Shown: positions 26,069-41,762 of the stretch, piece after piece | Layout: every line of letters starts with the position of its first letter | How positions within the stretch are numbered: the first letter of the stretch is position 1 | Source of the DNA: Octopus vulgaris | Lineage: Eukaryota | Assembly: GCA_951406725.2 (NCBI GenBank) | Contig: OX597827.1 | Span: 9,610,001 to 9,674,000 of the forward strand | Reading direction: 5' to 3' | Length of the DNA stretch: 64,000 nucleotides | Notes under the pieces: generated by a model | Told to the model about the DNA's origin: nothing | Databases searched by the model: none | Seen by the model: the letters and a program-made list of their open reading frames with translations, nothing else | Program-made: the position numbers and the translations under genes

Positions 26069-26952
26069 GAAGCTGGTTGGAGGCACAGATCCTGTCCTTG
26101 GATGTTATCCTTAATCTATTGCCTAGCTTAACATTATCTACTGAACTCTGGTTAGCTTAAAATGTTCTCCCTGTTGCAAGCATCAGGTCACTAGGCTGAA
26201 GATAACTTTCTCTTGCCTTCAATCCAGGGCTATCATAAGGTACCTATGGGTCTGGGTGTTTCACTTAAAAAAAACTCATGCCCTATGCACCAGCATAACT
26301 AAGTTTCATCTCCATCATATCACCCTTATTACTAAGACAAATAGATGTCACAAGATTAAGAAAACCCTTATTTTTCGGACGAGAAGAATTCTCAAAAGCT
26401 ATCTGTGCTGCTTTTCATTTTCAGGTTTATATAAAGAAAAACAAGATTGTTTAGGGCTGACAGCTCACCTAACACATTCATATCATTCTTCTATATGTTG
26501 GGTAATGAATTTCATATTGTAAAGGTAGATTCCGTTCAGGATTTCTTGAAAGTCATGAAATAACTAGTCAATTGGTAAATTAAACAGAAGATTGGTGATG
26601 TAATAAAATATCAAAATACCTAGCTAAATGCATTATAAAAGAAGTGGAGACAGATATAGCTCTATGGTTTAGAAATTTGCTTTGCAATTGTGTAATTTTA
26701 AATTAGCTTCCAAGGCAGGGTGTCTTGAGCAAATGTCTTTTATAATGACCTGTGAAAAACCAGACCCATGGCATTGAAATTTGGTAGATGGAAACTGCAT
26801 GGAAGCTGGTTGGAGGCACAGACCCTGTTCTTGGATGTTATTCTTAATCTATTGCCAAGCTTAACATTATCTACTGAACCCTGGCTAGCTTAAAACGTTC
26901 TCTCTGTTGCAAGCATCAGGTCACCAGGCTGAAGATAACTTCTTCTTGCCTT
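26069..26952 (+). repeat. Pair of ~155 bp direct repeats (26069-26220 and ~26799-26952)
   Basis: atggaagctggttggaggcacaga...ggctgaagataactt...ttgccttc occurs twice, at roughly 90% identity. Confidence 0.9.
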
Positions 26953-28351
26953 CGAATAGTCTTAGGAACTCCGAAGAAAAAGAATCATGAATGCTGCCTT
27001 TCTTCCTCTGACATAACCATTTAAAAAAAAAACAGAAAGTAACCTTTACAAATCAGTACAATATGCTAATGAGGGAGTGTATAAAATTGCACAACCTGAA
27101 AGAAATAACATCCAAATCTATTTCAAATGATACATTACTGCCTTAAAAAAACAAATCAGGGATTCATTGCTCCAAATAGTCCTAGATGCACTATGTCTTA
27201 AAACAAAAGCTCAAATGATCATGGCTGGAATGCTTCTGATCATATATCAGCTCAATAGGAGCTGACCAAAAGGTAAACTACAACAGTAATAGCTATAACA
27301 ACAACACTTTCCAAGTGAAGAAAATGAAACTAAAATACCTATAGAGTTTTTGTTGAAAATTTTTAATCAAAACTCAGCATTCCACAGTAGAAAATATTAA
27401 GCAGATATCTCAAATTCTTGAAGTTGGGTCTTTTGAGAGCTGTTACCTTGCCTTGATTTCATAGAATAGAAAAGAGAAGATGGGAAATAAATTCCCTCTT
27501 GAATAAGAGACCAGTTCATGGCAAAGAATTCTCATTAGTGCTAATGAATTTTATTCTCAGCAGAACGAATTCTTTTTGGTTCACTACATTAGATCTGTAA
27601 GCCTGTACTTAACTATATGTTCTTCAGCTAGAAGTCATCCCTGAGAAATGTTGAAATTAGCCAACATTACATGCATCATTTCCAGATGATTTAGTTTTGA
27701 TAGCTCACAGCTCAGTGAATGGGCATAATTTAGAGTAAAAAGTACTGTACTTGCTTGATACATTTTTTTTTTTTCCTACAGAAGAAAAATTTTTTTCCCA
27801 CCCTTGATTTATGAACAGACATACTTCTTATATTCCTACCCCTTTATCCATTTGGTCATTTCACCTCAACAAAGAAATTCTTCATTTATGAAAAATAACA
27901 AAAATAAAAAAAAATAAATAGAAAAAAGAAAAAAAAGAAAAGAGAAAGGAAGGAAGGAAATTAAGCCTATAGCGTAATATTTGAGAAACATAACATATCA
28001 AACAACATATTCTTATAATGAATTCTCTTTGAAGGCCAAGTTATAACCTCTTCGAGATGTTATGGTATAGTAAAAAGGATAGATTGATTATATGAGTAAA
28101 GTTATTTAAGATAACTAGTTTACTTAGTTGTATATCATAATGGGTAATAAGTTGGCTATGACATAAGCAGAGTGAGTCACTGGTTGATTCTAGTTGATTC
28201 GTTAATATATTTAGTAGTAAGTAATAAGTCAGCTCAGCTCTATAGCAAGCTAGGAGAGTAATGACTTACACGAAATAGTTCCTATATTGGTTAGGAAGCA
28301 GAATGTCTAATAGTTTGACAAGAGCAATAGATGCTAAAGCTGCTTTGAATA

Positions 28352-28950
28352 CACTTTTACTCTTTTACTCTTTTTATTTGTTTCAGTCATTTGACTGCGG
28401 CCATGCTGGAACACCGCCTTTAGTCGAGCAAATCAACCCCGGGACTTATTCTTTTGTAAGCCCAGTACTTATTCTATCGGTCTCTTTTGCCGAACCGCTA
28501 AGTGACGGGGACGTAAACACACCAGCATCGGTTGTCAAGCAATGCTTGGGGGACAAACACACACACACAAACACACACACATACACACACATATATTTAT
28601 ATATACACATATATATGACAGGCTTCTTTCAGTTTCCGTCTACCAAATCCACTCACAAGGCATTGGTTGGCCCGGGGCTATAGCAGAAGACACTTGCCCA
28701 AGATGTCACGCAGTGGGACTGAACCCGGAACCATGTGGTTGGTTAGCAAGCTACTTACCACACAGCCACTCCTACACCTATAATATATATGACAGGCTTC
28801 TTTCAGTTTCCGTCTACCAAATCCACTCACAAGGCATTGGTCGGCCCGGGGCTATAGCAGAATACACTTGCCCAAGATGCCACGCAGTGGGACTGAACCC
28901 ACAACCATGTGGTTGGTTAGTAAGCTACTTACCACACAGCCACACCTGCA
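28352..28950 (-). mobile_element. SINE family C with a duplicated head module
   Basis: The head occurs twice (~28617-28778 and ~28790-28950), separated by a short (TA)n, and there is a single body and tail. Confidence 0.9.
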
Positions 28951-29180
28951 TAATTTATGTATCATTCAGAATATAAGACAGACATTAAAACCAAGTAATT
29001 TTTATTTGGATTCATTCATATCCTGTTAAGCAATCAAGTATTGTTTAGTTTAGAGTTATTTCTCTCTCTTTCTTCGTTTTCTTTTTTGTTTTTTTTTTTT
29101 ATTTGCTTGAGTCTGGAGGAAAGGGTAGCAACCTCCAAGACTGGTGAACTAGATCTTGATGTTGTCAGTATTTTGTTTAA

Positions 29181-29401
29181 CCCTTTAGTGTTTAAACCGG
29201 CTGTATCTGGCCCGAATATTCTACTCATTTTATGCTCAAAACTGGCCAGAACCAGTATCTCACACCTATCCTACAATGTCATTCTAAAAATAAACAATTA
29301 CATCTTTCAAATCTTGAAGCTACAAGATAATACCAGATTAATTTTTTTAAATGTAAATAAATAAGGATTACTTATGACATATTAATTTGAACGCTAAAGG
29401 G
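29181..29401. mobile_element. piggyBac-type MITE family 2
   Basis: TTAA-CCCTTTAGTGTT...AACGCTAAAGGG-TTAA. Confidence 0.9.
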
Positions 29402-30384
29402 TTAAAGACTATTGCATGTCAACACCTGCAGGAAAGGTATGAGCCGATAGCAGATTCAAGAGGATCAATGTTCCAAGGAGAGGTGAGTGAATGTAGAAAC
29501 TAGTGCGGGGTCTGGGTGGACTTGTACACAACAAGAGCAACATGACAAAAAGTGGAGAAATGGAGGAAAAATGCAGGGCTTATAACCCTGTCATAGGTTC
29601 TCTGAGATTGGAGGAAAGAAAAGAGAAATTTATTCTCAAACTAGAAACCAGGTCTGATTGCTTTCAGCAGAGCAGATTTGGCTAAAGGCACCTAGGAGGG
29701 AGAGAGTGGGATCAAACCAGATAACAGAATAAGTTCACAACCCAAGTATAAGAATGGCTCCACGTCCAGGAATGTTCACAGTTTCTGGCTTTGAAATTGT
29801 GCTCACAAGTCTTTAATTGGATGCAAGCTGTGACAGAATATAATTGCTCAAAGTGCCGCACAGTGGAAGTGAACTTGAATGCACTTCAATGCCTGCATCC
29901 ACAGTTAGATGAGTGTTTTAAATAAAATGTAAGGGTATATATAAATTAATGATAAGTAAATAATGGATTATAAGAAGGTGCTTTGTGTGTTCAGTAAAAT
30001 GTAGAGTGTATAAAGATTAACATCATCATCATTATCATCATCATTTAACGTCCGCTTTCCATGCTAGCATGGGTTGGACGATTTGACTGAGGACTGGTGA
30101 ACCAGATGGCTGCACCAGGCTCAGAAATAAAAAATTTGATTCTAAAGAAATAAATGAGAAGAGGAAATGAAATACAGGGATTGTATAATTAATGGGAAAC
30201 AGAAATAAAGTTTTAAGGGAGTGGAAATAAATTTAGAGTATGTGGAATTAGTAGAAAGTAAAAGTAAAATTTTAGGGTATGTGATATTAATTAGAAGTGG
30301 AAAAATGTCTGGAATTGATTGGAAGCGGAAGTAATATTTAAGGGTATGTGAAATTAATAGGAAGTAAAAATAAGATATAAAGTA

Positions 30385-30775
30385 TACTCTTTTACTCTTT
30401 TACTTGTTTCAGCCATTTAACTGTGGCCATGCTGGAGCACCGCCTTTAGTCGACCAAATCGACCCCAGGACTTATTCTTTGTAAGCCTAGTACTTATTCT
30501 ATCGGTCTATTTTGCCGAACCGCTAAGTGACGGGGACGTAAATACACCAGCATCAGTTGTCAAGCGATGTTGTGGGGACAAACACAGACATACAAACATG
30601 CACACACACATATATACATATACATATATACGACGGGCTTCTTTCAGTTTCTGTCTACCAGATTTACTCACAAGGCTTTGGTTGGCCCGAGGCTGTAGTA
30701 GAAGACACTTGCCCAAGGTGCCACACAGTGGGACTGAACCCGGAACCATGTGGTTGGTAAGCTAGCTACTTACCA
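30385..30775 (-). mobile_element. SINE family C
   Basis: Tail, body, microsatellite and head are all present. Confidence 0.88.
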
Positions 30776-32346
30776 TGTGTATTTAAATAAAAAGTGAAAA
30801 TATTCTGTTATTGTGAAATAATAAGATAGAAATATATCAAACATGATTTTTGTAAGAGGAATGTTGTGATAGAAAAAGTTTAAACTGAGCAATGAGGATT
30901 TTGTTGCTGTTATTGAATAACACTAGTCAGTGCTCTTTGAACAAAATAAAAATGGTATTTTGACTGAGGTATTCACAGAAATATACTCATGCTAAAAGCC
31001 AACAACACAGCCTTTGCATGGTTGCTTGACTTGCGGAAGAATTACTGCTAAGTTTTCCTCAATGTAAACATTTCTTCTTAAAGAGAAAGGATACATTTGG
31101 TATGTAGTTTTAGATGCACTTTTCCTTTCATCATTTGTTTGTTTCCATCAATGGACTGCAGCCATGCTTGGGCACTACATTGAAGAGTATAGTTGGACAA
31201 ATCGGTCACAGTACTTTTTTTGAAGTCTGTAACTATTGAAGTAAGTACTGTTTTTTTGAAGTCTGGTACTTATTCTATCGATCTTTTTTCTGAACTGTTA
31301 AGTTACAAAGACATATAAAAAGAACCTACACCGATTATCAGATGGGAAACAAACACAAATTAACACACACACACACACACACACACATACACACACATGT
31401 ATGTGACAGGCTTCCACAAAGTTTATGTCTATCGAATTCCCTTACAAAGCATTGGTTGGCCTAAGTCCATAGTAGAAGACACTTGCCCAAGGTGTTATAA
31501 ATTAGGACTGAATACAAAACCACAAGGTAGAAAAATCAGTTGCTCAATCAAACAGCTACATCCGCTTCTATACACAGTCATGCTTGCACTAATACACAAC
31601 AATTCCATTGCCTATATCCATTGCAAAATAGCCTCGCTAACCAAAGCTTTGGCTACTTTTGAGCAAGCATCAACTTTGTTAGGGCAAGTTTTAGAATAAA
31701 CAACAATGATGATGATGATGATGATGATGACATGCTGGTCTACAACACCAAGATGTATAGTGCGATAGTCTCAAGTTAATTTCATTCATTTGATCAGAAT
31801 TCTGGTTGTTGTTGGAATGCATTTAAAACATTACATTTCAAAGATGCTTGGAAGTTTATTGATGGAAGTTTATCAAATATATCAAGCAGAATGAGTCAAC
31901 ACATAAACCCTCCTTTAATAGTTAAAGGATTTTATTGTCTTATATGTTGGATCCTTTAAACTTGCACTCATCGGCTTAAAATGAGAAAGGTTATCCAGGT
32001 ATTAAGTATAGCAACTTTCTAGTGCTTTGAGATGGCATTTGGTACTGGGGATTATTATGGTGTAGCAATGCAACAGAGGAATTCTACAAAAAGATTCAAA
32101 TGTTTGACATCAAGAATTTAGTAGTGATATAAGCATGTTCAAAGAGGTGAATTTCGAACTGTTTATGTTAAACTTGGAATACTGAAATTATGATGATGAC
32201 AAAATCCTCACTAAGTGTAAACATGACTATATCAGCACAACACAAAGTACAGTAAATACGTTGAGAGTTCATCCTCACATCTCATTGCTATCCTCTTTAT
32301 TTTCTCCCTAGCTGCTCCCACCACTCTTATATAATTTTGAGTAACC

Positions 32347-32577
32347 TATTTCTTTACTACCCACAAGGGGCTAAACACAGAGGGGACAAACAAGGACTGA
32401 CATAGGTATTAAGTCGATTACATCGACCCCAGTGTTGAACTGGTACTTAATTTATCGACCCCGAAAGGATGAAAGGCAAAGTCAACCTTGGCGGAATTTG
32501 AACTCAGAACGTAACGGCAGGCAAAATACGGCTACGCATTTCGCCCGGTGTGCTAACGTTTCTGCCAGCTCGCTGCC
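32347..32577 (-). mobile_element. SINE family A, full length
   Basis: TSD ttttgagtaacc at 32335-32346 and 32580-32591. Confidence 0.9.
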
Positions 32578-33529
32578 TTTTTTGAGTAACCAGGTATCTC
32601 TTCTATGGTGAAGACGTCTGTGCTTGTCTCTCTATCAATACTTTAGTCTCTTAACATCTGGCATAATACCACCTTCCCCATCAAATACTACCCCCTTCTT
32701 AGTCAAGGTGATTTTATTCCTGTTCCTTTTTTTGTGCCTTGCAAGTTATTTAATGACTTTGCTAGTGGCAAAAAAAAGTAAATCTCCTAGTACACACTGT
32801 AAAGTGGTTGGCATTAGGAAGAGCATCAATTCGCAGAAACCATGCCAAAGCTGACACTGGAACTTGGCATAGCCCTATAGCTTGTCAAATCTTAGCGTCA
32901 GCCTTGGCATGGTTTCAATGTCTTGATGTTCTTCCTAATGCCAACGACTTTACAATTTGTAGTGGGATCTTACCTTGCCACCATGAAAAACAGATGATGA
33001 TGATGATGATGATGAGTGGTTTCCTTCATATTCAATCTTCCATAAAAACATGTCTGGCCATGGTGAAACATTACCTTACTTAGAAACAGGTGAGGGTTGG
33101 TGACAGTAAGGGCATCTAGGCTTAAGAAATTCGCCTCAAGCATGGAAAAATGAATGTTAACAAGGAATATGATGACGATGACGATGATGATGATGGTGAT
33201 GATGAGGATGATGATGATGGTGGTGGTGGTGATGGTGACGATGATGATGATGATGATGATGATGATGTTGTTCTACTTATTGAAGTTAGCACACCATACA
33301 AAAACTTCTTAAATTGTATATTTGATACAGTTATAATGTCCTAATATTGGAGAAATGAGAAAATGGTTATTGAAAATTTACCACTGAGAAAAAGTAAAAA
33401 ATAGAATTAGGAAAAATAAAATGAGAAAATAAACTTATCTGGATTTGAACCCATGCAGTTATCTAAAATGCTTAAATATAATTTGGGTGATGGAAAATTC
33501 TGAAATGACAAATATTTGATTAAATACTT

Positions 33530-34993
<1,464 letters not shown>

Positions 34994-35897
34994 CAAAATT
35001 CTGAATTGCATTTTGATAACTTTTTTTTATTTTTTGTTTTTTTCTGTTGCTCTGAAATAAATCATTCTTTACCAATATTGTGTACTTTTGTGCAAATATA
35101 TATTTTTTTAAAGTGTTTATTCGATCCGAAATTATGTATTGAAAAACATTTTTTTTTTTTTTTTTACAGTAAAGTGGTGTTTTATTTGTTAATTAGTAAA
35201 TTGATAAACAGGTCATATAATTGATGATATATGAACAATAATATAATTAAAATTATATAAATGATATAAAGAATGAGGTTATTTTTTGTTGAGTTAAATG
35301 TAAGAAATTATATTGATGACTTTACACATTTTTTGTTGTTGTTGTTGCAGTGGGAAGTGAAGAATGAAAAGATGTTCTACCTAATTTAATTAATAAGAAT
35401 AAAAATTATAATTGATGTAAAATAAGGGCACTAGACTTGATTTTTTTCTTTATTCATTATTTTAGTTGGTTTATTTATTATTTTTGTGGGTGTTTGTTAT
35501 ATTTAGAATAATTTTGCTTTTTCTTTCTCTTACCATTTATTCCACTTTTGGCAAAAGGACTTCCTTATGCATTCTTATATATTGCTCTGACCGAGATCAA
35601 TATATGGCGCCATCTTACAATGGAGATTGATCCCAAATAACTGGGTCCTGAAAATCTTGTTCCCTGCTATGAGTAGGCCTATTATAGCAGGCAGAATCTG
35701 AATTCAATACACAAAGAGCTGCATCAGATACCATGAAATGTCACATCTGATTTTCTAGAAATTCTATCTTGACTGCTACTTTGCTTATCAAACTCAAAAG
35801 GATGAAAAGCAGAGCTGACCTCAATGGTACTTGAATCAGAGTACCAAGAGCCAGAACAACTGCTGTAAAATATTTTATCTGTTGCCCTATCGGTTAA

Positions 35898-36117
35898 CCC
35901 TTTCGTTACCAACCCGGCTGAAACCGGCTCTGGCTTTGAGTACAAATGTTTTGCTTTCATAAGTTCTGAACTAAAATCTTCCACCAAACCTTAGTCACAA
36001 TTTATGTTCCTAACCCTAGCTTAATGATAACTAAGTTATTTTACTAAATTCTTTGTTATATTTAAAGTAATTGAAAAAAACACAGAGCATCTCAAAATAA
36101 ATACAGTAACGAAAGGG
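35898..36117. mobile_element. piggyBac-type MITE family 1
   Basis: Perfect 12 bp TIRs CCCTTTCGTTAC / GTAACGAAAGGG with TTAA on both sides. Confidence 0.92.
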
Positions 36118-36993
36118 TTAACAACCTTGTGAATTTGTCATTTTAGTTTCAAAGTCAGCTAAAACACCATCTGAAATTCTGAGATGAAAATTGATCATCA
36201 TTATACACTGGTATAAAGTGGCAAAATAGCAGAATGACCTGCTTGTGTGGACAAAATGCTTAGCAGCATTCCTTCTGACTTATTATGTTCTGAGTTCTAA
36301 TCCTACTGAGATGAACCTTACTAATCATCTTTTCAGGATGGAGTTGGTGGGGTGGAGAGAGTCGATAAAATAAGTACCAGTTAAGTCCTGGGGGTCAATG
36401 TGATTGATTATTTCTCTTCCCTTAAAGTTGCTGGACTTGTACCAAAGTTTAAATTCATTACTACACACTGATATATTTGAATTTGTGTCCTCCTCTTTGT
36501 TGTTGTTATAATCATATTTTGACCATTGTATTTCCCAACTTTCTTCAGATGTCTTTTGTATTTGGTAGCATTCTTGGAATTTCAATTGGAACTCTTTATT
36601 TAATCCACAGGTATAGATAGTCTTATTCCATTGTCTCTGCTAGAAATGTTTTCCAATTAGTTATGTACCTCCATGTGATGTTACTTGCTGCATCAATGAG
36701 AGTATATATCAGTGTACAAATCATTTTTATGTTGGTATAAGGCTAACAATTTTGAGGGGAAAAAAAGCAAGATTATTACATCAACCCCAGTACTTGATTG
36801 GTACTTTATTTCATTGACTCCAAAAGATAAACAGAAAAGTTGACGTCAGCAGGATTTGAACTCAGAACTCAAAGAGTTGGAAGAAATGCCATCAAACATT
36901 TTGTTCCACATGCTAGTGGTACTGCAAGCTTGATGTCATTATATCAGTGCATAATTAAGGCAGGACTTTATATAAAAATATTAACCAACTATA

Positions 36994-37403
36994 GGCGCAG
37001 GAGTAGCTGTGTGGTAAGTAGCTTGCTAACCAACCACATGGTTCCGGGTTCAGTCCCACTGTGTGGCATCTTGGGCAAGTGTCTTCTGCTATAGCCCCGG
37101 GCCGACCAATGCCTTGTGAGTGGATTTGGTAGACGGAAACTGAAAGAAGCCTGTCGTATATATGTATATATATATATGTGTGTATGTGTATGTGTGTTTG
37201 TCCCCCTAGCATTGCTTGACAACCGATGCTGGTGTGTTTATGTCCCCGTCACCAAGCAGTTCGGCAAAAGAGACTGATATAATAAGTACTGGGCTTACAA
37301 AGAATAAGTCCCGGGGTCGATTTGCTCGACTAAAGGCGGTGCTCCAGCATGGCCGCAGTCAAATGACTGAAACAAGTAAAAGAGTAAAAGAGTAAAAAGA
37401 GTA
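36994..37403 (+). mobile_element. SINE family C, full length and young
   Basis: Near-identical to 15372-15783, with a (GTAAAAGA)n tail. Confidence 0.9.
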
Positions 37404-38732
37404 ACACTTGAACAAATCTCTCAGTTTTCCACCTTTATTAGAAATTTTTATTAACACCTCTGTCAAAATCAGTGAACTTGTCAGAGTGTGATGGCAGACT
37501 TCATTTTCAGAAGTAACTGATAAACATATCAAAGAATTGAATAAATTATTAAAAGTATTTGTGTTTATCATTTTAATTGATTAAAAAAAATATAAATAAA
37601 CATGACTAACTACAATACAATACAATATTTCTGTAACCATGTTCTTTGACTTTCAATGATAGTACCCTCATGTCATATTTGGTTAGAATCCAATATCTGA
37701 GGAATCTGGTGTCCTTCCACATCAGCAACTTTTACAACATAGCAAGATTTCTAGAAGAGTTCAATGTTTAATTGCTGTGAAGAATGAAGAATGTAATGTA
37801 ACAGACCCTTGTCTTTTAATGCAGCAAATCCTTTAGAGAGAAGGACAACATGCCTTGTGGTATTTGCTCTCTGAATTCAAATCCCGCCTTTCAGTCTTTT
37901 GGGGGTTGATAAAATGAAGTACCGGCCCATGGCAGCGGATTGGTGGGACTGTTTGAGTACAAACAAGATGCCTTGTGGTATTTGCTCCAGCTCTTTGCAT
38001 TCTGAGTTCTTGGGTGGCAGACTTAATCTATCACCTATTGTAACACCTCCACGTCGTCCTTGGGTGCCTTTAGCAGCATTCACTCTGTTGCAAGAATTCA
38101 GGCCAGGTCATTGGTTTGAGAATATCTTTCTCCCTTACTCCTACCAGTCTTGGAGGTTCTGAAACAAAAAAATAAAGGGTCATGGGTACTGCCCTTCCCA
38201 CCATAGGTAAAAGGTTAAAAAAAAATTTTAAAAAAACAGGAAAAAGTCTAAGAATAAGAAAGATAAAGTCGTGTGGTTATTTTGGCTCAGACAATGGGAA
38301 AGGACAGAAAATATAGGATTCTTCAACCTTCACAGCAACTGCATTATCAAAATCTTCCAAGTTTATACCTTGATCTATAACTACCAAAGTTAATTTTCCA
38401 TTAGTAATTTTAAAATTTATTTTGAAATTTGCCTAATGAGGATTATTTCGTATTATCTGTAAGTGTTTCTAAATCTGTTAATCTTACTAAATCTTACTAA
38501 TCTTACTAAATACCTATGAAGAGTGTAAAATACCCGAGCTTATGATCAGCAGTTTTTTATAGTCCTTCTTACAATGTATGGTCCTTGTTAGTATACTTAT
38601 GTGAGAGACACTTGTAAGCAATGTTATCTAAACTTATTCCTTCCTTGACAACCTTGACAACCTTGTAATAATCATTGATGTATTTGGATTTAATCCCATG
38701 CCATAACAGTTCACTCTTTTCATTGTTATGCA

Positions 38733-39012
<280 letters not shown>

Positions 39013-39199
39013 ATCTAGAATTTTAAAACATTCTCTCTTCAATAATGGAAACCACTTTTACTTAATGGTGGAATGCACTCAGTGTCAGAATCCTCTTCCA
39101 TAGGTTTCATTTTTCTCAGTGCATTTTATAGTCAATTGGTAGAAGTCAAGCACACACACAAGGGGGCAGAGGAAGTGCTTCAAAGTTACACTCAAGGCC

Positions 39200-39500
39200 T
39201 TACAGAAGTTCTTTCAGATCAACCCCCAATACCTAGGAAATACAGCCACAAGGCCACCCTGCCTGGCGTAGCTGCACCTATGAAGAGGATTGCAGGAGCA
39301 CAAGAAAAATGTGAGCTGTGCAAGTTCAAAGCCAATTCCTTGCCTTCATTCCCAGCAGATCATCAATTCCCAAAGTGCAGCAAAACCTTCTGAGCATGCT
39401 TTGGTCTGATTGGCCACAACTGGATGCACTGTGACCCATCTTCTTGTCCCATGTGATGTCCTGGTCTTCATCAAAATCGACTGATGAACATTATTATTAC
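39200..39500 (+). mobile_element. Decayed RTE/BovB-like LINE 3' end with a single C2H2-like motif
   Basis: FPKCSKTF*ACFGLIGHNWMH resembles the RTE C-terminal CP.C.R.FRARIGL.SH.R.H. A short 3' UTR and an (ATT)n tail follow. Confidence 0.6.
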
Positions 39501-39924
39501 TAAGAGACTCTAAACAGACACACTAAATGTGGGTGATGAGAGAAAGGGAGACGAGTAAGTAAAAAATGTCTTAGTGAAGGTGACATGTGACAAATAAGCT
39601 CTGAGGGGCAGAGGCTACGGTAGTCATATTTGAAAAGGCGGAATAAGGTAACAGCATTTTTATAGGGTCACAATGTTTTGGCAAGTGACTTCATGTCATT
39701 CTGTCAAGTGAACATTTTTCTTAGATGCAATTTCATTTAACTGTGTAAATAACAGCATTCCACCACCAAGATATTCCTCACCTGGAATAGCAGTTTAGCT
39801 GTCCATAACAGAGACATCAGACTGACATTCCTCTACTGGGAACATACAACAGTCTAATATTCCACAACAGAGATACAGTAGAACTTCGCAGTATGAGTCC
39901 ACCATTTTATGAGTAATTGTATGA

Positions 39925-40155
39925 GGTGGCGAGCTGGCAGAAACGTTAGCACGCCGGGCGAAATGCTTAGCAGTATTTCATCTGTCGCTACATTCTGAGT
40001 TCAAATTCCGCCGAGGGTGACTTTGCCTTTCATCCTTTCGGGGTCGATAAATTAAGTACCAGTTATGCACTGGGGTCGATGTAATCGACTTAACCCCTTT
40101 GTCTGTCCTTGTTTGTCCCCTCTATGTTTAGCCCCTGGTGGGCAATAAAGAAATA
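39925..40155 (+). mobile_element. SINE family A, full length
   Basis: Family A motifs, with the flanking repeat tatgagtaatt. Confidence 0.9.
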
Positions 40156-40301
40156 TGTATGAGTAATTTGCTATACAAGCTGAGAACTGTGTGAATTTTT
40201 GACTTGAAGTACAAGTAGAAATTTGCAGTATGAGAACACAAATCATCCCATCTTTAAGGTAATTCAGTTAATAAAGCCAATTTACATATTTCTTTTGCAA
40301 T

Positions 40302-40408
40302 CTGATGGCTTCGACACATTTTTTCCTGTGTCCTTATATATTTACGAAGGGGTCCCCTTTGTAAATATATAAGGACACAGGGAAAAAAAAATGTGTCGAA
40401 GCCATCAG
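40302..40408. repeat. Palindrome with ~51 bp arms and a 1 nt spacer
   Basis: ctgatggcttcgacacatttttt...gaagggg-t-cccctttg...atgtgtcgaagccatcag. Confidence 0.95.
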
Positions 40409-40597
40409 GAAGCGTTGATGCTTCCTAGGGCTAAACAGCGGTGGTGTAATTCCCTTCTGTCACGTTAAATTGACAGTATACAACCATTCTATCGCCCCAC
40501 CACCGTACATATCTCTATGAGATATTTAGAAATTTAATATTTCTGATTTTGCATTCTCTTTTTTATAATTGTCATTTTACTTGTAACTACACCTAAG

Positions 40598-40978
40598 GGA
40601 GGTGCAATGGCCCAGTGGTTAGGGCAGCGAACTCGCGGTCGTAGGATCGCAGTTTCGATTCTCAGACCGGGCGTTGTGAGTGTTTATTGAGTGAAAACAC
40701 CTAAAGCTCCACGAGGCTCCAGCAGGGGATGGTGGTGATCCCTGCTGTACTCTTTCACCACAACTTTCTTACTCTTACTTCCTGTTTCTGTTGTACCTGT
40801 ATTTCAAAGGGCCGGCCTTGTCACTCTCTGTGTCACGCTGAATATCCCCGAGAACTGCGTTAAGGGTACATGTGTCTGTGGAGTGCTCAGCCACTTACAC
40901 GTAAATTTCACGAGCAGGCTGTTCCGTTAATTCGGATCAACCGGAACCCTCGTCGTCGTAACCGATGGAGTGCTTCCA
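40598..40978 (+). mobile_element. SINE family B1, full length
   Basis: TSD taactacaccta at 40584-40595 and 40979-40990. Confidence 0.9.
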
Positions 40979-41408
40979 TAACTACACCTATTCTGTTTCA
41001 AAACCCATAAAAAAATTATTTTTGAGTGGTTTTGGTAGGCTGGAACAGATTAATTATATTTTAGTTAATTTCAAGAAGGAAAACTGATTTGTAAAATAAG
41101 TAAATTGTAGGACAAGCTTGGTCACGGAACGAATTAAACTCATACTAGGAGGTATCACTGTACTAGTCTGACATTTCAATACCAACACACCAGTCTTACA
41201 CTACTCTGCTAACAAACCATACCACTCTACAAAAAGTCATTTGACATGAAAGAAATACCAGTTAAAATTTTCTCAATTCATACTCCATCACCATCTTTTT
41301 TTTTTTAAAAAGGGAAAGGTACATCAGTTAATATAGTCCTAAGTATATCCAAACTGATGAAATAGACATGTCTGGAACACCTTTGATCATATACCTCCAC
41401 TGTCATGT

Positions 41409-41568
41409 CAACAACAATAACAACAACAACAACAACAACAAAGACAGCAATGAAGATGCTGACTACTGCTGCTGCTGCTACTACTACTACTAGCAATAGT
41501 AGTAGTAGTAGTAGTAGCACTGCTACTACTACTACTACAACTACTACTACTACTACTACTACTACTAT

Positions 41569-41602
<34 letters not shown>

Positions 41603-41618
41603 GCTACTACTACTACTT

Positions 41619-41650
<32 letters not shown>

Positions 41651-41699
41651 ACTGCTGCTGCTACTGCTGCTACTGCTGCTACTGCTGCTGCTGCTACTG

Positions 41700-41762
<63 letters not shown>

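Larger units (their letters stand above)
39876..41160. mobile_element. Tigger/pogo-like non-autonomous DNA element hosting two SINEs and a palindrome
   Basis: Imperfect ~23 bp TIRs cagtagaacttcgcagtatgagt / actcatactaggaggtatcactg, with TA on both sides. Confidence 0.7.
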
